A model generated the notes under the pieces. The model saw nothing but the letters and a program-made list of their open reading frames with translations, did not search any database and was not told where the DNA came from. From Prorocentrum cordatum (Eukaryota), in NCBI GenBank assembly GCA_963575745.1, contig CAUYUJ010000015.1:124001-188000 (forward strand): a DNA stretch of 64,000 nt, read 5' to 3'. Within the stretch, counting starts at the first letter, position 1. Each line of letters starts with the position of its first letter. A program made the position numbers and the translations under genes. Of the stretch, positions 20,987 through 33,630 are shown piece by piece.

Positions 20987-23298
20987 CGCGCGCCTCGCCG
21001 CGCCGCCTCGCGCCCTGCGCGCGACCCGTGCCGCTTCGCGCCGCGCGCGCGGCCTGTGCGCGTTCCTCCAGGGAAGCCCTCGGGGAAACGCACGCCCCCC
21101 ACCTCCACCCCCCACCGCCTCCTCCACCTCTTCCCCTCGTGGAACAGACCACACCTACTACTCTCCAATTCCTTTGCCTCCCCCCAGACGTTTTCGGATT
21201 TCATGTCTAAATTTGGCATCGCTGCTTCATTGGCTCGTAGGTATTCTGGAGCTTCAGAACTAAATTTGGCATCGCTGCAACAGTGATGGCACCATATTAA
21301 GTTTTACATCGCTACAATAGTGATGGCGCCAATCAGAATGGTGCATCGTTGCGCCTATCGCAGTCGATCGTCGAACGCATGACGTCCGAGTCGGCCAAAA
21401 CATACAGAAATCACAGGAATCGATCATCTCTCATCGTCATCGGTCTCGCCATCGCCATCGCTCGCCATCGTCATCGCCATCGTCATCGTCTCGTTTTTCC
21501 TGTTGCCACGCTGGGCTCGGCTCGTTTTCCCGCGGCGCTCTCCTCGGGCCCAGCGGGTGCCCCGACAGAGCGAGGGGCCGCTGGCGGCCTGGGGCCACAT
21601 CAACATCAGCATCGCCATCGCAGGAGAGAGGGAAGGGGGGAATGAAGGAGGGCCCCCCCAGAGCAGAGTCGCCAGGGGCGGCCCCCGCGCGCCGGCCCCG
21701 GGCGCCCCCTTGTTTGCGCCAGCCGCCGCGCCAGCCAGCGAGGGGGAGCAGGAGCGAGCGTCGGCGGCTCGAAGATACAGCCCTGAGGGTAAAGCGAGAG
21801 GACGAGGGTGAGGGAGAGGGGGCGAGAGCGAGAGGAAGAGCCTCTCGTCGATTGTGGCGGGCCACCGTTGCTACAGTTCTTGCTCGAGCGATTTCTTTCT
21901 TGCCACGAGCTTTTCAAAACTTCCTATCCTCTTAAGCTGCTGCGATGACTGCTGCGATGGATGCTCAAGAACGCGAGGCCCAACCGACTCCCACGCTGCC
22001 GCTGCGGCGGCGGAAGCGGCGGCGGAAGCCGACGGCTGAGGCCAACGTGCACAGTTCGCAGCCCGTCCTGCGTTAGGCCAGCTGCAGTACCTTCCTCCTC
22101 GTTCCTGTTCCTCCTCCTCCTCTTCCTCCTCCTCTTGCTGCTGCCCATCATCCTGCTCCTCCTGTTGCTGCTGCTGCTCCTCCTGCTGCTCCTCCTCCTG
22201 CTGCTGCTGCTTCTCCTGCTGCTGCTGCTCCTCCTCCTCCTCCTGCTCCTCCTCATTCTCCTTCTCCTCCTCCTCCTCCTCGTTCCTTCCCCCCCCTCCT
22301 CCTCCTGGCTCTCTCCTCGCTCTCTCCTCCTCATCCTCCTCCTCCTTCTTCCTCCTTCTGCTTCTCCTTCTCCTCCTCCTCTTCCTCTTCCTCCTCTTCC
22401 TCCTCCTGCCCCTGCTGCTGCTGCTGCTCTCCCTGCTCCTCCCTCTGCTGCAGCGCCGAAACGATGAGGCTATTATCGATGGGGGAGCGGTGCGCGACGA
22501 AAACCCCGCGGGGAGAGAGCTGAGGGCGCATTCGGATGAATGTGCATATCGGACGGGACCTCGACCCTGGAGCTCTCGCGCCGATGACGCCGACGCTGAA
22601 TCAGATTAGACGGGGGTCCATGTACGTTGCGCCCTCTGCTCTCTCCCTGCTCTCTCCTCCCGCTTCGCTGCCGCTGCTACTCTGGCTGATCACCCGTCGT
22701 CAGTCCACGGGGGGGGGGGGGGAGGGCGAGGGCGAGGATGAGGGGGGGGGGAAGAGGTCGAGGAGGAGGGAGGCAGGAAAGGGAGGGGTCGCCGCCCCCG
22801 CGCCTGCGGGGCCGCCCCCGCGGGGGCGGCAGTCTCTCAAAGAGCGGCTGGCGCTGGCTGAACAGGGGGGGGGAAGGGGCGGGAGCAGGATCATCATCTT
22901 CGGAGGTCCGAAGAGGAGGGGGGGGGGGAGGAGGAGGGGGAGGAGGAGGAGGAGGAGGAGGAGGTGGAGGAGGAGGAGGAGGAGGAAGGAGGAGGAGGAA
23001 GGGGGGGGATGGGGGAGGAGCTAGTTTTTTATTACAACGTCATGAGAACAATCTCCTCCTTGGGGCCCTCAGGGCCCCAGGAGCAAATGGCGGTCCAAAG
23101 CAAACGCTGTTTGGGGTCCAAGCGCTGTTCGGGGTCCGAGCGCTGTTTTTTTTTTTTGCGATCTTGGCACGGCGCGTCTCGTTGTCATCGGGTCGTCGCC
23201 GAAGTTGAATAGCCACTTAGGCTCGACGAAGTTTAGGGGGAAGCGCCGAGCGGCCCAGAAGACCCGCGGCGCCCGCTCCTATCCACGGGCGCGCTCTG

Positions 23299-26200
23299 AT
23301 GATCGGGGTCTCTGGTGCGCCATTTGAGAAGAAGGGCATTGTTGTCATACCTTGCAAAAGTAATGGGCCCAAGAGGAAGACGTTCTGGCTTTGGCGCCAT
23401 GCCAAAGCAAAGTTGCATAAGAATGCAACGGGGTCTGCCCACCCGACTGCCCCGAGCAAGAATGCATTCAAAGCTGTTTATGAAGCTGTGAAGAAAGGCG
23501 CGCCCGCTGGGAACAATGGCTTAGCCAGCGTTGGGAACAAAGAAGAAGTGAGGGACATGACTTCTTGTCTGGCGGGGGGGCGCGAAACGTCATGGCCAGA
23601 AATTTCTCTTGAGAGCCGAGTCCATCGCTTTGTCCAGGGACGCACGGCATAATAGATTTTGCATCAGGTACACTGATTCGAGGAAGGGTTTCAAAGTTCA
23701 GAGCGGCGTTTTGGGGTGGTGTCGTCAAGGCGGGCTCTCATCAAAATGCATTGCAAAGGATGCAAGCCGCATCATCTCAGAGTTCTGCACGTCATACGCT
23801 CGAGGTTCCTGCCCTGAGCGGCACCGAGTACTGAGGAGGCGAATCCGGGACCGAGTGCACCAACTTGGTGTAGATTCGGCTGCTGATGAGCTTTCCGCAG
23901 GAGAAATGGGCAGGAGAGAGATCTCTAGCGACCTCCGACCAGTGACCCCCAACTGTCGTGTCATACTCCGTGACGAAGCGCGCGCTGCTCGGAGGCCGTT
24001 GAACAGGCCGTGGACCCGACTTCCTGTCTTGAAGGATCTGATCGAGAGATGGATTTCCAGCCGTCCGCCCCCTGCCCGAATGATTCAGAACAGGTGGTTC
24101 AAGAGGAACTTGGAAGCAGCGAGCCAGCGACGAGTTTCAGATTTTGCCAATCCTAGGGCAGCCAAGCACAGGTTCGAGTCAGTCAAGAAACCCCTTCAAC
24201 GCAGTTGATTTCATTGCCGTAGCTTGCTGCGCACAATGGTTCAGATTGCAAGCTTTCGTCAAGTCGAGTTTGGTGACAGCGCCGCTGCTTTTTTTTTCAG
24301 GTCTGTGAATGCATTCGACATGGTGATGTAGGATATGTGCGCTGATGCGGCGGACGAGATGCTCTTGTTGATTCGCTTCCACGACAATGAGTCCGCCGAC
24401 GTGGCTACCATCGCGCAGAAAGTCGACAAGTGCGTGACCAATCTTGGCTGCGCGCGCGACTGGGGAGGCGCGAAGGGGGGGCGCCCCCCCAAAGCCTTGG
24501 AGATTCGAGCCCGTGGCGCCAACATGTTTTTCTTATAGTTCGCTTGTATTCTCGGAGCCCCATTTGGGGGCCCTGGGCGGCCCGAACCTCGGCAGCGGGA
24601 ACTCATTCGCAGGAGAGGCCCCCCATCGCGCCCCCCCTTTCTGCGCGCCGCCGGCATTCTCAACGAGCTGTTCGGAGAATCTGCCAAGTGCTTTGAGAGG
24701 GCGTGCTTCACTAGCCACGTGCTGAACACGCCCCAGGAGCCCATGGCATTCTGCGCGCGATCCAAGGTCAGCAGGTGGAGGGGGGGAGGGGGGGAGGAGG
24801 GAGAAGAGACCAGCGCGGGCGACGACGATGACAACGAGGAGGATCGAGAAGATGGAGGGCGAAGGGGGATTCCCCTCCTCCTCCTCCTCCTCCCCCCCCT
24901 CCTCCTACTCCTACTCCTCCTCCTCCTCCTCCTCCTCGTCCTCCTCCTCCTCCTCCTCCGCCACCTCGCCCTCTTCCTCGCTCCTCCTCCCGCGCCCAGT
25001 GACCCCCCTCCTCCTCCTTGTCCTTTCCCAGGTCCTCCGCCCCTCCACCCCGCGAGGGCCTGCGGGCCCCTTTTAACCTACTCCGCAGGTCCGCGCCGCG
25101 GGCCTGGCCGACGAGAACCGTCGAGCAGCTGCCGCGGACAGGGCGTTCAACATCATGCGTGGATGGCTGAAGCTCATGGTTGTCGAAATCAATGCTGAAT
25201 TTCCTGAGTGGGAGTTCGCGCGGACTTCCGCTGCGTTCAATTTGTCGGGCGAGCCAGCTGTGCGTGCTTAGCGCGAAGGAACAGCGCTTCGTAGACATTT
25301 GTGTCGGATAGCTCACGCGCTGCCGTTGGGCGAGCCAGCCCTCCGCTGGGAGTTCACGTCGCATCTTAGCGATGCCCGTGCGTACTTCATGGACCATGGT
25401 GGCTCTTTCAAGACATCGTGGATACACGCTCGCACGAAAACGAGTGGCCAGCGCCCAAACACCAACCTGGACAAGGCGATCCTGGGCTGGCTCGCAACTT
25501 CACGCCCCACATCTGGGGTCGAGCAGAATTTCCCCAAGGGCGCGCGGGGCTTCATCGACGGGCAGTTGTCCTGCGGCATTGCGCGCGAGAGGTCCACGCA
25601 CAGGCTCCTGCTGCACGATGGCCCGATCGACGACCTCATTGAGGGCGCCCAGCGAGCGTGGAAGCATTGCTTCGGCATTGAGAGGGCGAGCGGCTCCGAC
25701 AACCGCGAGGGGCGCAATTGCAAGGGCACCAAGCGTGCGCTCAGACAGTCGATGTGTTGACACATTGGGCCGCCCCCCTCGCCAACCCTCGCCCCCCCCA
25801 GCTGGGGGGGGGGTCAGTGGGGGGCGCGTATCTCCTGGCTTCCCCGGGTCTGACGAGAGCACGGAGAAGGGGATGCTGAAGAAGATGCGCAGCTTCCGCG
25901 TCCAAGGAGACAGAGGCGCACAGGCGGCCATTGCAGCGCTCGCTGATGGCGCTTGGACAGATGAGCACGACAAGGAACGCACTTTCGCAGAGGACAAGCT
26001 GTTCAAACGAAGGGTCGAGGCAAGCCTTGAGGGACTGCTCCTTCCAGATGAGAACAGCGATGTACTACAGTGGCACGCTGCCAACAGAGTTGATGCCATG
26101 GTGAAGAACCAGCAGGAGCGGGATCGGCGCGACGTGCGAGGCGGCCTGCGTCGGGGCGAAGGGGAGCGGCCGTCGCCTGATGACCTGCGAGGGAAGACGC

Positions 26201-26736
26201 GTTTCGTGCGCAAGTTGGAGCACTCGGACGAGTTGCTGGCCAATGGCGTTGTGATGACGCGGCGCGTTGAACCATGGCTTGCAGCAGTGATTGTGGTTGG
26301 TGACTTGACCAGCGTGCCGACGTTCTTGAAATGGGTAGCTGCGGATGTTGGTGCCTGTGCAAGTACCCCCACGGAGCTCTCCACATCCACAGGCGCGTGC
26401 CTGAAGTACAGCCGCGCCGTTGCTTCGTCCCGGTTCATCCACGTGACCGATTGCTTCAAGGCCAATCACCGCCAGTACTACGAGCTCCTAACCACAGCGG
26501 CCGGCCCTGCTGATTCCAAGTGGCAGTTTATAGATGCAGCTAACTTCTTGGTCTGGAAAGCGGGTGTATACAAGGGCCGCACAGAGGCGTTGGCCCTGGC
26601 CACCACCGTCGACATGGAGACTCCGCCATTACAGGGCATCAAGCACGTGTTCGTCGGCCCTGGCTTTTTGGATCTCATCGCGAAGGTTGATTTCAATGCA
26701 TCGGCAAGTGGTATGCTACGGTGCAGCGTGGGCTGA
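23299..26736 (+). pseudogene. hAT-like DDE transposase with C-terminal extension; intron-containing, frameshifted
   Basis: Ordered motifs LWRHAKAKLH (Zn-finger tail), IALSRDAR (D1), LGVDSAADE (D2), ILRDEARAARR (C/DxxH-like, H>R), KHRFES (RWxS-like), AEFPEWE, PTSGVEQNF (E; SxxxERxFS-like). GT-AG intron 24767-25088. Confidence 0.7.
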
Positions 26737-26984
26737 GCAAAAGCATCATCGTCTTTCCTCTTCCTCCTCGCCCTCCACCTCTTCCTCATCCGCTAAGCCA
26801 CCCCCCACCCCGGCAGCTCCTCGCAACGCGACGCGCGGGCGCGGGTGCGAGAGGGGGCAGGCGCGAGATGAGGGCGGAGTAGGAGGGGAAGAAGGAGAGG
26901 ACGAGGAGGGAAGGTCGGTTTGGATCTCGCTCCCCACCGTCTCTCGCCCAGCACTCCGTCACGTGACACCTCCTGGCGCTTGGT

Positions 26985-27510
26985 CAGTCGCGCGCTCGAT
27001 TCGGTCGCGGCGCCGATCGACTGCTCGACGCGGCACTCGGTCCCAACACGCCGACCCCGCTCGACTCGGCATTCGGTCACGGCACCGATCCGGTCACCCC
27101 TCTCGACTCGGCAGACGGTCACGTCACCGCTCCGGTCACCCCGCTCGACTCGGCACTCGGTCACAGCACCGATCTCACTCGACTCGGCATTCGGTCACAT
27201 CCCCGACCCCGCTCGACTCGGCATGTCACGACCCCGACCCCACTCGACTCGGCACTCGATCGCGTGGTCGATCGGTTGATGCGCCCAGGACACCCCGACG
27301 AGTCGGAGGTGGGTGGGCGCTCCACCTCAGCACGTCAGTCACCTAGCTTTGCGCCTGACGAGCCGAGGTGGGGGCGCACGACTTCGACTGACGAGCCGAG
27401 GTGGGGGAAATCTCACACGCTTTTACCCCGCTCGACTCGGCGGTCGCCCGCCCCTCTGCGCGACGAGCGGCGGCAGGGCCCCCGCCCACCTCCGACTCGG
27501 CGGGGTGTCG
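26985..27510. repeat. Array of CTCGACTCGGC-core repeats (~30-35 bp spacing) with inverted gccgaggtggg copies
   Basis: ctcgactcggc recurs about seven times, plus variants, between the transposase and MTase genes. Confidence 0.85.
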
Positions 27511-27749
27511 GGGCACGCGTGACGAACCGAGGTGGGTGGCGCCTGGCCGCCCCTGCCGCCCCCTTGCCCCTCCTCCTCCTCTTCCTCCTCCGCCTCCTCC
27601 TCCTCTCCCTCCCTCCCTCCCCCCCCTCCTCCCTCCCTCCTCCCTCCTCCATCCCCCCTCTTCCCTCTTCCCTCCCCCCTCTCCTCCATCCTCGTCTCCT
27701 CTTCGCCCAAAGCTGTTCGAGTCATCGAGTCTACAAACAGGTCACAGAC

Positions 27750-28786
27750 ATGAGAGCGATCAAAGTAGGCCCCGATTTTTCGGGGATTGACATGCCGATA
27801 TTTGCTTTGCAACAGATGGGCGTTGACTGCGTACTTGTGTTCTCATCAGACAACAACTCGGCGCGCAAGAAGGTCATTCTGAACACTCATTCCCCGAAAA
27901 GGTTTTACGACGACGCCCAGCAACCCAAATCCCAGGATGACAAAACGGACCTTTACATTTCTGGCTTCCCGTGCCAACCCTGCGTTGCGGGCGGGAACCA
28001 CCTGGGGGGCGATGGCCCCCGTGCCATGGTCGATGAGAGCTAGGACTACATCGCAAACTACAAACCATCGGCGGTTATGATGGAAAACGCCCCTGGCCTG
28101 ATGACCACGCATAAGAACACCCTGGATAAGATTACGAGCCGCCTTCATCGGGATAGATACGCCACCAAACACGAGCTCCTGAACTCGAAAGACTTCGGGG
28201 CCCACCAGAACCGCCAAAGGCTGTGCCTTGTCGCTGCGAGGAAGGACAAGATGAATAAAGATCGTACATTCGAAAGGCCACAAGCAGCGCCCCTGAAAGG
28301 ACCGCCACCACTGGGCCGCCTCAAGTCCGACGAGGACCCCAAGACGCCCCCCTCGAAGACTCTGAACGGTGGTCTGGCTAGGTCTCTCTTGAAACGGTCG
28401 ATCCGGGAGTGCTTGGCTGGAGATCCGCCTGTTGACCCCAGGAAGACGCGCGTTTTCACTGACATCCTGTGCTCCGAGCAATATTTAACGAAGAGGATCA
28501 AAATACTGCCTTGGCTTACTTCTCGGCGGGGCTACAGGGGTGGTTTCTGGGCATCCACGAGGGGAGGTTCACGACTACTGCCGAGCTCTTCCGCTTCCAG
28601 GGCCTCCACCCGTCGACGATCGACTATGCGCCCCTCTGGGTCTCGGGTCGCCAGATGGGCGCCGTGCTCGGAAGCGCGATGACCCTCCCGGCGTGCGGGC
28701 GAGCGCTCCGGATGCTGGCGCACGTGGCTGGGTTGGTTTCTGAGCTGCCCAGGGGCCCGCGGGAGAAGAAGTGGGCGGGAGGCTAG
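27750..28786 (+). pseudogene. C5-cytosine DNA methyltransferase (compact, Dcm/DNMT-like), disrupted
   Basis: Motif I DFSGID, IV ISGFPCQP, VI MENAPGL, VIII QNRQR, IX RFTTTAELFRFQGL, X LGSAM. TAG at 28041-28043, frameshift ~28560. AG|G acceptor at 27740 just before the ATG. Confidence 0.9.
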
Positions 28787-30229
28787 ATGGGTGGCACATA
28801 TGCACAGATGCACACATGACAATTTGGCTTGCGTGCGTCGCCACGCGAGGAGGGGAACGAACGACAAACACCGTGCAACGCGGGTTGAAAGACTTGTTCA
28901 CGAATCCCCACCAGCCCATCCTAAAACAGCCACCTTTGCGAAGTGCACTTGTTATCGGGAGTCGTTGGTTTGCTTTCTTTGCTTGAGCACTGGTGACGTC
29001 TTGTAAGCCCCTTAGGGTCATCGTAGGGGCGCTTTGGGGGTTATCTTGGGGCCCTTGGTGGCCTTGGAGCGTCTCTTGGGCAATCTTGGATGCCATGGAT
29101 CGAACATGCGGTAAGCTATTTTAGCGTTCCCCCCTCGGAGCCCTCAAATGAGCCTCTTGATGTCCTCTTGGGGCGCTCTTGGGGAGCTCCCGGGCCGCTC
29201 TTGGGCCCCTCTTGGAAACCCTCCCAGGCCATCTTGGAGCCGTCTTCAGGCTTCGCAAACCCATCATAAGCGAAAATGCGGGAAGGCCACCACCATCGGT
29301 TTCCGAAGTTTTTGATGGATTCTGCTTTCGCGGTCTTGGGCCCTTGGGGAGTTCTGGCCATCTTCGGGCCCTCGTCGCCACGGCTGGACGAAGGGGTGGT
29401 CCTGGCCAGGGTCTGGAGTTCCCGGCCAGGGAAAGGCTTCGCCGCCCAGGGCCTCCGCCGCCCCCCCACCCAGCCCAGGGCCAGCTTGCAGACTCAGAAC
29501 CACGGATCCAGGCTGGGGCCGTCGTTCCGATGGCTCGCCGCCGATGGCGGACATCCCGTAGGGGGCCGCCGAACGCCATCGTCGAGGTGCTGCGCAACTA
29601 CATCCTACGCTTCGCGTAGCACGGCCGGCGGCTAGTTGGTTGGTTCTCAGCGTTGGCGCCGGGGGCCTGTAGGGCATCTTCGGGGCCGCTAGTGCAGAGT
29701 TAGTTGCTTGACAGTCTTCGCAGTCTCGAGGCCGTTGGCCCGACTTTGCTTGACGCCAGAAGTGGGCATCTGTTTGTTTCGATCATGCAATGAGCTGGCG
29801 CTGGCCCGCCCGCCCCTGCTGCACCCTCGCGCCCAGATGTTCCCCGCGCGGCCCGCCCATGAGCGGGGGAAGCATCGAAAGGGTTGTGTGTTGTTTCTCG
29901 CGCTGGGCGAAGCTCTGAGCGCGTGAACGACGAAAAACCCATGCGGTGTTTTGGGGCACCCAGGAGGAGGGGGGGCGCGCGGGGAAACGCAATGGGGAGG
30001 GGCGGCGGCGGGCGGGAGGGCAGGGGAAGGGGCGAGATGAAAGGAGACGCGGGCGGGAATGGCGGAAGCGGAGGGAAGGGAGGTTAGTCCGGGCGGGAGA
30101 GCGGCGGTGGACCCCCCCCCCGCCCCCGACCTCCCGCCCCCAATATTTGCCAAAGCTTTTTTGGCGCAATCATGGTCAGATCATTATTTCTTTCCAGGCG
30201 CCCTTCTCGCACTCCACCAGTCGTCGGGC

Positions 30230-33200
30230 ATGCCGCCGCGACCCGAGGGCAGGGCTGAGGCCAAGCCGGCCGCTGTCGCCCCCCCCCCCCCCCCAACCTC
30301 AACTCGAACACGCCGATCTACTCCGACTTCGAGACGAAGCTGGCCACGATCAAGGGGCACCCGCTCTTAGCGAACATCGAGGAGGAGTCCGCGCTGACCA
30401 TCCCGCAGGGCGGCAGGATGGCCCCTTTCGACGCGCAGAACTACAAGACGTGCATGGAGCAGAACGGCGAATATCAGTGCGCAGGCAACTTCTTTTGGCA
30501 GAGCGCGATGGTATCACCTACGCCGTCTGTCACCATCCTCAAGAAGAGTATCCCCGACGTCGGCCATATGAACTACCCCGACCCCTCGCAGCCAGTGCGC
30601 TTCATCCCTCACACGATCAACATCGGCATCCCTTCCGTCGACTTCGACTCGACGGCGCACATGGGGAGCTTCTCGCGCATCTCGCCGTGCGAGTACGTGC
30701 TCGCAGCGATCGACCGCTGCTCCATGGCAATCGACGCTGAAGCCGATGATGCTACGATCTTGAGCTGGAAGGCGTCTTTCCGTTCGTGCCACTTCATCCT
30801 CAAGGCTTGGGCGTCGCCAAATCCGCGTTGAGGCAGCGCTGGCCCAGCCCGTCTTGGGCCTCAGGACTGCGTGGCCCAAGCTGGGATGGGCCAGTGCTGG
30901 CCTCGGCGTTGGTTTGGGTCGGCCCCGAAGTTGATCGACATTGAAAACATCCGTTTCGAGTCGATGAACCTCGGCGACAAGGCCATCGGCGACGCAGCAA
31001 CAGTCACATGGACAGCCCTGCAGAAAGTGCAGATAGTCATGAACGAGGCCTCGAGGATGCAACACCTCAGTGCCAAAATGGTTGCTGCTCAGTTCGAGAA
31101 GAGGGTTAACTTCGCTCCCAGCTCTGAAAAGTTCGTTGAAGGATTCTTGGACGCGGCGATGACCACCAGCAATAGGATGCTGAGCATCCCGGCATGCAGG
31201 GGGCTGCTGACCAAACTCGACAGCGACATGGGCACCAACGGCCCTCTGAACTCGGTCTACAAGCTCCAAGCGATCGCGTCTAGAGGCCGGACGCCGGCCG
31301 CCATCGAGAACATCACTACCCACCTGGCGTTTGGGTTTGAGTGCGGCCACTACGAGATCGAAGACCTATCCGTGAGCAAGCTGCGCAATGGCCGAGTGGA
31401 GCTGATGATACCCAAGAGGAGCATGCTGTCCTACTTCATGGGCGCGTTGTTTCACGAGCCGGGCTTCCCGCCCGACGGCGCCAGCCTGACCCGGCGCAGC
31501 TACCGGGACACGGACGCGGCCAAGGCCTGGGCCAAGGCCCCCCCCCCAACGGGAGGCAGCCAGATCTCTACTGGAAGGCTCGCCTTTGCAAGCCCTCGAA
31601 CCTCTTCAGCGAGTTCATTGAGAGCATGGTGCACGACGTCAAGTACGACGCCAACCTGAAGCACGCCTTGAAGCATAGCAAGACGCCGCAAAATATCCTC
31701 AGCGACTACCGGGCTCCAGGGCATCGTTCCTCCTCGTCCCCCACCCCCCCTTCCCCCTCGTTCTCCCCCCCCCCCTCCGCCTCCGCCCTCCTCGGGACGC
31801 CAGCTGGAGGAGGGAGCGAGTAGAGGTGCGAGGGGGTGAGGCAGGAGAGAGGAGGGAGGAGGATTTTTTTTTGGAGCGAGGCGGAGGCAATCAATCGGTC
31901 GATCGCGCGCCCGTTCCCCCCGCAGGGAATCGAGGATACCTACAGCGATATCCTGACGGAACTCGAGAAGTTCAACGCGCAGAGGGCGGTCAGCGGCTCC
32001 GACCCCAGGGGCGGGGTCGCCGATGCCCCCGAGGAAGAGGAGCCAGAGACACTCGACACCAAGGAGCGGCCGGGCAAGCAGCTGGGCGAAGTCAAGGATG
32101 CGATGGGCGCCGCAGTGGCCGAGGGCGCCAATCACTGGCGCGCCGTGGCGCACAAGACCGCGTCGCAGCAGGTCAAGCTGGCGGTGCATTCGCAGCCAGA
32201 CACGACGCAGCAGCACGTCAAGGAGTGCTCCATTAGCCAGACCACGGGCGACCTCGACGGGCTAGTGGCGCATCAATTCGACTCGAAGTTCGCAGGTGAG
32301 GCCATCGCGAACCCTCAGGTCCGCACGCGCCCGCTGCAGGAGAAGCCACACTGCCTCCTCGCGCAGACCGTGATCGTCGGTCGCGCGCCGCCCACTGAGA
32401 AGGAGCCTGGCCTCAACCCCAGAGAGATCGCGCTCCTCATCGATGGCGGCAAGTCTGGGAACAAGCGGCCCCCCTCAAGCCCTGGCGCCCGGTGGCAGGC
32501 GACGAGGACGAGGACGCTGACATGGGCGACGAGGCCGCGCCGACGGCAGCCTTCAAGACGCGCCAGGTCAACCTCAGCAAGAACGAGGCCAGCGTCCGCG
32601 CTCGGCGGGTGCGAGCCGTGGCGCGGGGGGCCGGCTCTATCCCGCAGCTAGAGATCATGCGCATGTGCGGGACGGACATGTCCCTTCCGGAGCAGTCGTG
32701 GGGCGAAGGCTTCGAGGGGGCGAACAAAGGCACGGCCATCGCCCCGATCGTAGTGGACGCCATCCTGAACGATTGCACTGAGACGGTGAAGATGAAGAGG
32801 GAGATCTACGGCAACTTCCGCGTCGCCGTGGGGAACGCGGACCCTGGCCAGCCCGACAAGAGGGCCCATTGTGTCTGAAGCCCCCACCCTCCTTTGCATC
32901 CTCTCTGCCCCCCCCCTCGAAACAGTCGGGGTAGCAGAGCGACCCTTAAAGCTTCTCTGGAGCGTCTCTGGAACTCGAGCCAGAATGGCAACGGTTGCGG
33001 ACGAGGGTAGCATGGCATAACAAAGTATAGCATAGCAGCACATAGCACACTACATAGCGCAACCTATAGGTGATCAGGAAGGACACTGACAAGGAGCCAG
33101 TGTGCTTCGGGACGCTGCCGATTAAGTTCTACACGGCCATCCTGACCGGCTACATGATCAAGACGACGATCGACCTCACCGTGGGCACGGGCGTTTTCGC

Positions 33201-33630
33201 CCAGGCGTGCTTGCTGAAGCGCTGCGGGCGCGCCAAGGTCAGCTACTTCGGGGTCTGTCTGTCGGAGGCGCGCATGAACGCCGTCCGCGAGCGCCTCTTG
33301 CATTTCGTGCTCAACCAGATGATCACTGAGGGATCGCCCCTCTACATTGCGAAGTGCGCGGAGGCCCTGATGCCCACGACCCCGAAGAAAGGAGAGAAGC
33401 CGGCTGGCAGCAGCAAGGGCTCCCCGCCGAAAGGCGGCGGCGGCGGCGGCGCCAGCGCCGCGGGCTCGAAGGACGCCGCCAAGAGCGGCAAGCGCAAGGG
33501 CGATGCCGGCGACAGTAAGGACTCCAAGAGCACCAAGAAAGGCAAGAAGGGCAAGAAGACGGAGGGCGACGCCTCGTCATGGGACATGTCGGATGATGGC
33601 TGTGTTGCTGAGGGTCTGGATGATGAGTGA
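30230..33630 (+). pseudogene. Multi-exon gene of unknown function with a C-terminal SAM-binding-like motif (amino-MTase-like) and Lys-rich tail; frameshifted
   Basis: Coding-like segments 30230-30805, ~30920-31718, ~31880-32870 and 33070-33630, separated by intron-like spacers (e.g. cctatag|gtg at 33069). TIDLTVGTGVFAQAC...YFGVCLS resembles vlDpfxGsGtt...iG. Confidence 0.5.
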
